Shown piece after piece: positions 21,572 through 29,372 of a stretch of 64,000 nucleotides of DNA; positions within the stretch are counted from its first letter, which is position 1, and each line of letters begins with the position of its first letter. The notes under the pieces are model-generated. The model saw only the letters and a program-made list of their open reading frames with translations, was not told the origin of the DNA and did no database searches. The stretch comes from Candidatus Latescibacterota bacterium (GTDB taxonomy: Bacteria > Krumholzibacteriota > Krumholzibacteriia > WVZY01): positions 160,001 to 224,000 of the forward strand of contig CAWBQK010000013.1 in NCBI GenBank assembly GCA_963791045.1, in the 5' to 3' direction. The position numbers and the translations under genes were made by a program.

Positions 21572-22410
21572 AGCAGGCACTGACGATAGCGGGGTCCGAT
21601 TCCGGAGGCGGAGCTGGAGTCCAGGCGGATCTGAAAACCTTTCACGCCCACGGCGTTTTTGGAACCTCCGTTCTCACCGCAATCACCGCGCAGAACACAG
21701 TGACCGTCGCCCGCGCGGACGATCTTCCCCTCGATCTTATCGATGCGCAGCTCAACGCCGTGTTTGACGACTTTGACATTTCCGCCGCGAAGACGGGAAT
21801 GCTTTCGTCGGCCGAGATCGTGGAAACGGTGGCGAACGGTTTGTCGAGGCGGGGTTTTTCGCGACTCGTTGTCGACCCCGTGATGATCTCCAAGAGCGGT
21901 TACAAACTTCTCAAGGACGATGCGATCGAGAATTTGAAAAAGTTGATTCTCCCGCTTGCGCTCGTCGTCACGCCAAACATTCATGAAGCGCAGCTCATCG
22001 CAGGCGTCGAAATCGATTCAGTCGAATCGATGCGGGATGCCGCGCGTAAAATCCTCGATTTCGGCCCGCAAAACGTGCTCGTTAAGGGCGGGCACGCCAA
22101 TTTTGACGCGGCCACGGATATCCTTTTCGACGGCGATGAGTTTCACGTTTTCAAATCGGAATTCTTCGATACAAAAAATACACACGGGACGGGATGCACA
22201 TATTCGGCGGCGATCACCGCGCGACTCGCGCTGGGTGAGCCACTGGCAACCGCGGTCAAGAACGCGAAAACGTATATTTCCCGCGCCATAAAAAATTCCC
22301 TCTCTATAGGAAAAGGCCACGGGCCGACCAATCATTTCTATTTTGTAAATCGGATGATTTCCTGGAGGAGTAACGGGGCGGGTACGGACTACCAGTACCG
22401 TTCAAGATGA
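21568..22410 (+). CDS. thiD: Hydroxymethylpyrimidine/phosphomethylpyrimidine kinase
   Basis: [36 protein letters not shown]. Confidence 0.95.
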   Translation: MKQALTIAGSDSGGGAGVQADLKTFHAHGVFGTSVLTAITAQNTVTVARADDLPLDLIDAQLNAVFDDFDISAAKTGMLSSAEIVETVANGLSRRGFSRLVVDPVMISKSGYKLLKDDAIENLKKLILPLALVVTPNIHEAQLIAGVEIDSVESMRDAARKILDFGPQNVLVKGGHANFDAATDILFDGDEFHVFKSEFFDTKNTHGTGCTYSAAITARLALGEPLATAVKNAKTYISRAIKNSLSIGKGHGPTNHFYFVNRMISWRSNGAGTDYQYRSR

Positions 22411-23252
22411 ATCTGCCCGGGCGTTGTCCGTGTATGTTCGATGAACCCGTCCTTCCCGAGCGCGCCGACGAGCGAGTCGATCATACCGGGACTTCCGCAG
22501 AGATAAACGTGTGTGTTTTCGGGTGTCGGGTCGAAACCCCACCGATCGTTCAAGACACGTGACTCCCAGATTTCCTGAACGTAGCCGGTCTGTCCGTGCC
22601 AGGGGACAATTTCGTTCTTTGGACGGCTGACGGTCGGGACATATGTGAAGTTTGTGGACACGCGCTCCATCGCGAGGATCTCTTTCATGTACCCGAGATC
22701 CTGTGAATTTCGAACCCCGTGAAAAAGCGCGACCTTTTGTTTTGTATCCGGTCTCAGGATTGTGCGGAGCATGCTTACGTACGGTGCGACGCCGGTACCG
22801 GTGGCGACAAACACGAGATTGGCATCTTCAGGCACTTTTGAAAGCACGAAGGTGCCGGTGATCTTCGGCGACAACCACACACGATCCCCCGGCCAAAGAT
22901 TGAATAGCCTGGGCGTGAGCGCGCCGTCCTCGATCAAGACGAGGTAGAACTCGAGGTGACCCTTTTCGATCGGGCTCGAAACAATCGAGTATGCACGCTT
23001 GATGATCCTCTCGGGTTTTTTCAACGGTTCTTCTTCGGCGGAGCCGGGACACCGCGGCGCGGTCCCGGGTAGTCCGAGGGTCGTATACTGGCCCGACTCG
23101 TAATCGGCCAGATTCCACCCATCGGGGGTAACGTACATGACCCAGACTCCTCGTCCGAGATCATGCCGCTGAGTGACAGTGGCATTTAGCTGCGAAGAAG
23201 ACACGTCAACCTTTCCAGCACCTGGCTGATTATCGTAAACCGAAACGACCAT
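22389..23252 (-). CDS. fpr: Ferredoxin/flavodoxin-NADP+ reductase
   Basis: RAYSIVS, GALTPRL, ATGTGVAPY, YLCGSPGM, C-terminal ERYW. Confidence 0.9.
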   Translation of the reverse strand: MVVSVYDNQPGAGKVDVSSSQLNATVTQRHDLGRGVWVMYVTPDGWNLADYESGQYTTLGLPGTAPRCPGSAEEEPLKKPERIIKRAYSIVSSPIEKGHLEFYLVLIEDGALTPRLFNLWPGDRVWLSPKITGTFVLSKVPEDANLVFVATGTGVAPYVSMLRTILRPDTKQKVALFHGVRNSQDLGYMKEILAMERVSTNFTYVPTVSRPKNEIVPWHGQTGYVQEIWESRVLNDRWGFDPTPENTHVYLCGSPGMIDSLVGALGKDGFIEHTRTTPGQIHLERYW

Positions 23253-23350
23253 ATGATTTGAATTTCACCGGAAGCGACCGGTGTCGTTGGACACTCCAAT
23301 TGGAATGCCAGTATAGCGTTATTTTTATTTTCGTCAACCAGCGACGGGAC

Positions 23351-23434
23351 GGCACGGGTCCTGTCATCGGATACCCCGCGCGTGCTCACTATCGTTCCGC
23401 TCGCGCCGGGGGCCCCACCGATGCCACCCGTGCC
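23351..23434. repeat. Structured intergenic element, copy A (REP/MITE-like or small RNA)
   Basis: Terminal stem GGCACGGGT/ACCCGTGCC; the 5' ~50 nt align with 61972-62020. Confidence 0.65.
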
Positions 23435-23569
23435 TTGCAATCGGCGGCGACTGCGGTTGGCGATAAGCGTATGTTTCGAATCCGGTTGACACTCTGTGCC
23501 GGTCAAAAGATACTGTAACCTAACAATCCAGGGCTTCCTCCGCAACTCTTAAGCTACCCGGCGGTGACC

Positions 23570-25348
23570 ATGTCCCAAGAAACAATCCCGAGTATCTTTC
23601 TCCATGCGGCAAAAACATACGACAAAACGGATGCGTTCCGCTACAAGAGAGGAAAGAAGTGGATTGACGTGTCCCACAGAGAAGTCGTGGAGGCCGTCGA
23701 CAACCTCTCGCGCGGTTTGATCGCCCTTGGGTACGGGGCCCGCGACCGTATCGCGATCTTGTCGGAAAACCGTCTCGAGTGGGCCATTTCTGATTTCGCC
23801 ATACTCTCGTCCGGGTGCGTCGACGTGCCCCTGTATTCGACCCTCCCAGCCAACCAGGTGGCGTATATTCTCGATCACTCCGAGGCCCGGGCGTTGTTCG
23901 TGTCGACGCGCGGTCAGCTCGAGAAGATCATGCAGGTTCGCGACAAGCTTCCCCACCTCCGCAAAATATATTCGTTCGAACCCATCGATGATGTCGAAGG
24001 TGTCGAATCGTTCGAAACACTTATCGAGGCCGGCAAATCGGCCGGGAACATAAAGAGTCTTGACGAGAGAGCGGCTGAAATCACCCCGGACGACTGGGCC
24101 AGTATCATATACACTTCCGGCACCACCGGAGACCCCAAGGGGGTCATCCTCTCTCACCGCAACATAGCGGCGAATGTGATAAGCGCGGTGATCGCTTTCG
24201 AAATCGGCCCGGACGACACGGCCTTGTCATTCCTTCCGATGAGCCATGTTCTCGAACGCACGGGCGGGTTCTACGCGCCGTATTATCGCGGCGCGACGAT
24301 CGCTTTTGCCGAGAGTCTCGAGACCGTTTCCGAAAATCTCCTCGAAGTACGCCCGACCATGATGGTGAGCGTCCCCCGTTTTTTCGAGAAAATCTACGCC
24401 CGGGTGTTCGACACGGCGACCGCCGGCTCGGTCGTAAAAAGAAACATATTCTTCTGGGCGTTGAATGTCGGCAAGATCCACACAAAACAAGCTTTCGATA
24501 AAAGAGTGTCACGGGTCACTTGTATGAAGTACGCGGTGGCCAGGAAGCTGGTGTTTTCAAAGTTGAATGCAAAAACCGGCGGCCGCATCCGGTTCTTCGT
24601 CTCCGGAGGCGCGCCGCTATCGAGAGAGATCGCCGAGTTCTTTCACGCGGCGGGGCTCCCGATTCTCGAGGGGTACGGCACGACCGAAACAGCGCCGGTC
24701 ATATCGATCAACACATTCGGCAACACCAAGCTCGGAACCGTCGGACGGCCCATAGAAAACGTCGACGTCAAAATTGCCGAAGACGGCGAGATTCTCGCAC
24801 GCGGACCAAACGTGATGGTCGGGTATTACAAGGACACGTACCTGACCACCGAGGCAATCAAGGATGGCTGGTACTATACCGGAGACATCGGGTATGTCGA
24901 CGGCGACGGTTATATTGTCATCACCGACAGAAAAAAAGACCTCATCGTCACCGCCGGCGGCAAGAATGTCGCCCCGCAACCCATTGAAAACCTGCTGAAA
25001 ACCAACAAGTACGTGACACAAGCCATCATCATCGGCAACAACCGCAGATTTATCTCGGCTCTGATCGTTCCTAATTTCGAGAACATCCGCGCCTTTGCGG
25101 ACGCAATAGAAATCGAATACGCAAACGACACTGATCTCACAACCCACCCGCGGGTAATCAGTAAAATCGAGGACGAAATCACACGAAAGAGCGTCCACCT
25201 CGCCGGGTTCGAGCGGGTAAAAAAATTCGTTCTTCTCGATAAGGATTTTTCAATCGAGGACAACGAACTCACACCCACTCTCAAATTCAAACGGCGGAAA
25301 ATCGAGGAGAAACACAAAGCGCAAATCGACGCCCTCTATGACGGGTGA
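23570..25348 (+). CDS. fadD: Long-chain fatty acid-CoA ligase
   Basis: IIYTSGTTGDPKGV, EGYGTTE, TGDIG, DRKKDLI, LTPTLK. Confidence 0.92.
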   Translation: MSQETIPSIFLHAAKTYDKTDAFRYKRGKKWIDVSHREVVEAVDNLSRGLIALGYGARDRIAILSENRLEWAISDFAILSSGCVDVPLYSTLPANQVAYILDHSEARALFVSTRGQLEKIMQVRDKLPHLRKIYSFEPIDDVEGVESFETLIEAGKSAGNIKSLDERAAEITPDDWASIIYTSGTTGDPKGVILSHRNIAANVISAVIAFEIGPDDTALSFLPMSHVLERTGGFYAPYYRGATIAFAESLETVSENLLEVRPTMMVSVPRFFEKIYARVFDTATAGSVVKRNIFFWALNVGKIHTKQAFDKRVSRVTCMKYAVARKLVFSKLNAKTGGRIRFFVSGGAPLSREIAEFFHAAGLPILEGYGTTETAPVISINTFGNTKLGTVGRPIENVDVKIAEDGEILARGPNVMVGYYKDTYLTTEAIKDGWYYTGDIGYVDGDGYIVITDRKKDLIVTAGGKNVAPQPIENLLKTNKYVTQAIIIGNNRRFISALIVPNFENIRAFADAIEIEYANDTDLTTHPRVISKIEDEITRKSVHLAGFERVKKFVLLDKDFSIEDNELTPTLKFKRRKIEEKHKAQIDALYDG

Positions 25349-25455
25349 CGCGTGGGCGGAACGGTCCATACTCAGACTCGTTACCACCTTGCCGGCAACA
25401 ACTTCGCTCATCGGCCCCCCCCTCCACGATCGATCCTTACCCCATTCGATTTGGC

Positions 25456-25484
25456 TTGAAAATAAGCGTAACTTGTGCTATAAT
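25456..25484 (+). promoter_or_regulatory. sigma70 promoter of paralog 1
   Basis: TTGAAA-17-TATAAT with an extended -10 TG. Confidence 0.7.
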
Positions 25485-25551
25485 TGTGCCTTACCGAGCC
25501 GACCTGCCAAATAATTGCGGTGCATCCGCCCCAACCAGTGGAGGTCCCACG

Positions 25552-28500
25552 ATGAAACGGATCGTGTTTGTTACGTTGTGTGCACTCGTTGTCCTCGGCG
25601 TGGTGGCGGGTGACACATGGTCAAAAACGACACAGGACGGCAAGCTGTCCGGATATCGTTTCAAAGAGCTTCCGCATGGGGGCGCCAATACACCCGCGTT
25701 TGCGCAGGGGTCTTTGTATCAAGCCGCCGCGGTTGGTTCCACCTTGCTCGGGTGGTGGCAGTTCGATACGGCGGCAGGGCAACCTGATGAGCAGGGGTGG
25801 ACCAAACACGATATCACCGGGCCACCGGATGTGAACTTTCATGTCGACGGATCGGTCGCCGGGGGCGCCGGGTGTTGTCCGATCGTGCCGGTGACCGGCG
25901 TAAAATCGATGTGGTGCGGCGCGTGTCCGAGTGCGGACGAAATCTACTGCGGGTACTCCTCACTGCCCGGCTACGGAAACAGCTGGTATCAATCATTGAT
26001 AACACAGACGCTCGCGTGTACCACGCTTTCACTCACCTATACCGCCGTATGGGATTCCGAGCCGGCCTACGATTTTACGTATGTTCAGTACTGGGATGGA
26101 ACGAGTGAAGCATGGGTTGACCTCCCCGTCGATGGAGGCGCAGGGAAATACGACGGCATCGGCGGCCCACTCGTCGAGAATTTCGTTATCAACCCGCCGG
26201 ACTATTCGACAGTCGTTCGGTTCTTTTTTGTGTCGGATGGGGCGTGGAGTGACGAGGACGGCTTGTGGCCGACAAACGAGGGTGCGTTCAAAGTCGACGA
26301 CATCACACTCGCCTGCACCGATCAGGGATCCGGTTTTTCCTACTCGGAAGACTGGGAGGATGAGGTTTGCGGTCAGAAGGGATCCAACGACGGCGTGTGG
26401 CACTCGGCGAGCACGCCGGGATTTGGGGTTTACGCGGCACTCCGTAACGGTGCGGGGGTTATCCAGGAAGACCCGTGCCGCCGGTTGATCTCAAATTTGT
26501 GGGGTTTCTTCGATGACCCCGTCGTCACCAACTATTCGTGCGGTGGCTGGCCGCTCCAGGGAGCGGTGCCCTACGGCCCCGATGCCAACGGGCTATATAT
26601 GAACAACGAGATATGGTCACCGAAAGTCGACTACGTCGGATCGGGTAACGAGGTGCGGTTTCGGTTCGCATCGTACAGAGATCTCTCCCTCGACGGGCTT
26701 GTGTTCTATGTCTGGCATGTCAGGTCGTGGGTGGCGGACTGCCCTCAGAACTGGGAGGACTACACGTTTGTCTACTACGGCGGGCAGAGAGACTGGTTGT
26801 ATACGACATTCGATATCGGTCCGTTGATTGATGCCGGAGCCACTCATCTTCAACTGGCTCTTGGCGCCGTCGACATGTGCGGTTATTGGTGTGGCATCTA
26901 CGGAACCGGCTCTTGCCACAGTCACGCCCCATTGTTCGACCAGGTTCGCCTCGTTCGTATTGACAACCAGGGACCACAGTGGAACGTGCGGCACATCGAC
27001 ATCTGGCAGGATAACTTCCCCGAGGAAGGTGGTGTCGATCCGGCGACGAGTTATGCGCGCTGCGACATGGCGCAGGATATTTTACCCAACAACAATCCCA
27101 TCCTCCCCGGTGACTCGCTTTCGGTCGGGGTCAACGACCCGGCTGGTTTCGCCGATGACAACACAGGCGGCCGCCCCGGCAAAGCGATCTATGCATTTGT
27201 AAGGGTCACCGATCGGTTTGGCAATGCGAAGGCGGGCAAGTCGGGCCTGGCCATCCAATCCCCCGACGACCAGGCCTACTCCGGCGACCCAAATGCGGGT
27301 CTCGTGAGATACCCATGGGTCGGCAATGTGCTGATCGGCGGAGAGACGTGGAGCCAATACCGGATGGACTACAATTATACATCCTCCGGCGGCCAGGTCA
27401 GCGGTCGTTACAACTGCGACCTGATGGATCTTGGCGCCGGCGCCACAGGCCCACACTACAATCACGCCAACGAGAACACCGCAGCGAACACGGGCGTGTT
27501 CACGCCTGGGGACGTCGTCAATTATTTCCTCGGCGCGCAGAATTCACTCGGTACGTGGAGCTACTGGCACCGCACACTCGACGGGCAGGGCGTCAGCCGC
27601 TCGACACTCAATATCACCGAGGCGGCGGCCGACCCATGCGAGTGGTCGGTTCTCCCCGACGCGGGTCTTCTTGCCGGTGACATTCTCTATGTGGATGATG
27701 CCGACGACCGTGGCGGACCCGCACAACTCTATTTCGACTGGGCGTTCAAGTACCTCAATATCGAAGACGGTGTTGACCGTTTTGATGTGTTGGGTCCTTC
27801 GTCGGCGGTCGGCAACAGTCTCGCATCGCGTGTGAAGGACTTGTCCACGCAGATGATCGGAGATCCCGGAGAGGTTTATCAGAAGGTGCTGTGGAACTCG
27901 AGTGATCTGAGCAGCGGCCTGATGGGGGACGGCGGCTATACGGCTGGCGGGGGCAGCTCTGAAAAATCAAACGACTACGCGTTGTGCGAATACTTCCTCA
28001 CCAACCACCCGGGGAATCCCGGCTGGTATGCGGCGGGCGATGACTTCCCGTCAGACTGGAATCAGTTGACGGGAGCGGCGGCGGTGAACGTCCGCAGCTT
28101 CTATATGAATTACAACCTCGTTGGTTACGATCACAAGTTAGTCGGCGAACCGGTGTCGCCGCTCGTCGTCCGGAGTGGTGACTATCCGATCGGGCCGGCG
28201 GCGATGTACGCATACGGTGGATGTCCGGTACTCAACGACTTCGATGTGATTCAAGCCATCGGCTCATCCAACTACGCGATGGAGTACTCCTCGCAGGGGA
28301 GTGGAAACGGAGCGGTGATTCGCCAGGCCACACCCAACGCGGCGGGTTCGACGGCGCGTTTCGTTCTGTCCGGGTTTGGTTACAACTTTATCCGCGATGA
28401 CGACGTGATCGGCATATGGCCGGACCGGGTGACGCACCTGCGGGACATACTCATCTATTTCCAGAATATCCTGGATGAGCCGATAGGGATCGACCCCGTC

Positions 28501-28788
28501 GCATATGCGAACAGTCTTGACAACGCATATCCGAATCCTTTCAACCCGACAACGACGATCAAGTACTCGATTGCCGAGCGCGGCCACGTGACACTCAAAG
28601 TGTACAATGCCGCGGGGCAACTCGTGCGAACACTTGTCGACGAGATGCAGTCGCCGGCCGCGACGGGGTTGTCGAAAACCTGGCACGGGATGAACGACCA
28701 TGGGCAACCCGTTTCGAGCGGTGTGTACTTCTACAGACTGTCAACCAATAGGTTTACACACACCAAAAAGATGGTGCTGTTGAAGTAA
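25552..28788 (+). CDS. Large secreted Cys/Trp-rich protein with C-terminal T9SS-type/FlgD-Ig sorting domain, paralog 1
   Basis: GGAGG then MKRIVFVTLC signal peptide; WDSEPAYD...FVSDGAWSDEDG (InhA/MAM-like beta-sandwich motif, inferred); CGYWCG..GSCHSHAP; YPNPFNPTTTI...VSSGVYFY...KKMVLLK. Confidence 0.85.
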   Translation: MKRIVFVTLCALVVLGVVAGDTWSKTTQDGKLSGYRFKELPHGGANTPAFAQGSLYQAAAVGSTLLGWWQFDTAAGQPDEQGWTKHDITGPPDVNFHVDGSVAGGAGCCPIVPVTGVKSMWCGACPSADEIYCGYSSLPGYGNSWYQSLITQTLACTTLSLTYTAVWDSEPAYDFTYVQYWDGTSEAWVDLPVDGGAGKYDGIGGPLVENFVINPPDYSTVVRFFFVSDGAWSDEDGLWPTNEGAFKVDDITLACTDQGSGFSYSEDWEDEVCGQKGSNDGVWHSASTPGFGVYAALRNGAGVIQEDPCRRLISNLWGFFDDPVVTNYSCGGWPLQGAVPYGPDANGLYMNNEIWSPKVDYVGSGNEVRFRFASYRDLSLDGLVFYVWHVRSWVADCPQNWEDYTFVYYGGQRDWLYTTFDIGPLIDAGATHLQLALGAVDMCGYWCGIYGTGSCHSHAPLFDQVRLVRIDNQGPQWNVRHIDIWQDNFPEEGGVDPATSYARCDMAQDILPNNNPILPGDSLSVGVNDPAGFADDNTGGRPGKAIYAFVRVTDRFGNAKAGKSGLAIQSPDDQAYSGDPNAGLVRYPWVGNVLIGGETWSQYRMDYNYTSSGGQVSGRYNCDLMDLGAGATGPHYNHANENTAANTGVFTPGDVVNYFLGAQNSLGTWSYWHRTLDGQGVSRSTLNITEAAADPCEWSVLPDAGLLAGDILYVDDADDRGGPAQLYFDWAFKYLNIEDGVDRFDVLGPSSAVGNSLASRVKDLSTQMIGDPGEVYQKVLWNSSDLSSGLMGDGGYTAGGGSSEKSNDYALCEYFLTNHPGNPGWYAAGDDFPSDWNQLTGAAAVNVRSFYMNYNLVGYDHKLVGEPVSPLVVRSGDYPIGPAAMYAYGGCPVLNDFDVIQAIGSSNYAMEYSSQGSGNGAVIRQATPNAAGSTARFVLSGFGYNFIRDDDVIGIWPDRVTHLRDILIYFQNILDEPIGIDPVAYANSLDNAYPNPFNPTTTIKYSIAERGHVTLKVYNAAGQLVRTLVDEMQSPAATGLSKTWHGMNDHGQPVSSGVYFYRLSTNRFTHTKKMVLLK

Positions 28789-28807
28789 CCTTCGTTTGCA
28801 TGACTCT

Positions 28808-28846
28808 AAAAGAAACCGGCGCCGACGCGTGCCGGTTTCTTTTTTT
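28808..28846 (+). terminator. Intrinsic terminator after paralog 1
   Basis: AGAAACCGGCGC...GTGCCGGTTTCT followed by a T-run. Confidence 0.85.
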
Positions 28847-28908
28847 GCATTGAGAAATACGATAACCGGGTATCGATATAAAGTGTAGTGGTTTTTCACG
28901 TTGCACTA

Positions 28909-28937
28909 TTGACGATCAGAAGCCACTTGCCTATATT
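28909..28937 (+). promoter_or_regulatory. sigma70 promoter of leader/paralog 2
   Basis: TTGACG-17-TATATT; both boxes are conserved at 32742-32770 while the spacer diverges. Confidence 0.8.
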
Positions 28938-28939
28938 GT

Positions 28940-29372
28940 AAGTGGCGAGTAATCCAAAACGGGCTTGGGGCTACACGCCGAAGATTCACTTTCCGGCCTG
29001 CCAGTGCATTCAGGAGAGGAGGTGGAATCTCATCGAGGCGCACTGGCTACTGTCTCCTGTTGTCTCATCACCCAGCTCGAGCCGACCAGGCATATCCCCC
29101 ATCAGGTCAGTCTAAATAGACGATGACGCAGGTGCGTTGCATCGTGTCGTCGAAGTGCGGGTAATTTTACCCTCGGAGGTCATCATCGTGTGCGCTGTTC
29201 CCTCAGCACGCGTTGAGGGTAATATGGCGGGGGCCATCTGCAACACATGCAACACGTGTCGCGGCGGACGCCGTTTTATTCCCGTACCGCTTAAGACTGA
29301 TACTTTTCCCTCCTTGTCGGTAGGCCACTTGTGGCTTACCGATTCTCACTTCTGCAACGATGGAGGAACGAC
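28940..29372 (+). ncRNA. Putative large structured 5' leader RNA, copy 1
   Basis: Collinear homolog at 32773-33206 with multiple compensatory base-pair changes; no convincing conserved ORF. Confidence 0.75.

Noticed and set aside
25345-25551. N-terminal extensions in the ORF track (e.g. 25345, 29331, 33165, 36456, 17954, 9356)
   Set aside because: Downstream starts have an SD, a signal peptide or a stop/start overlap; the extensions overlap promoters or neighbouring genes.
26875-26930. c-type heme binding (multiheme cytochrome)
   Set aside because: The motif is CxxWC...GSCHSH, not CxxCH.
29017-29125. uORF behind the AGGAGGTG motif
   Set aside because: No ATG at SD spacing; the GTG-initiated frames differ in length and sequence between the two copies.
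28940-29372. Group I/II intron, tRNA, RNase P, tmRNA or IS remnant
   Set aside because: No recognisable hallmark motifs, terminal inverted repeats or transposase; it sits between a promoter and an SD like a 5' UTR.
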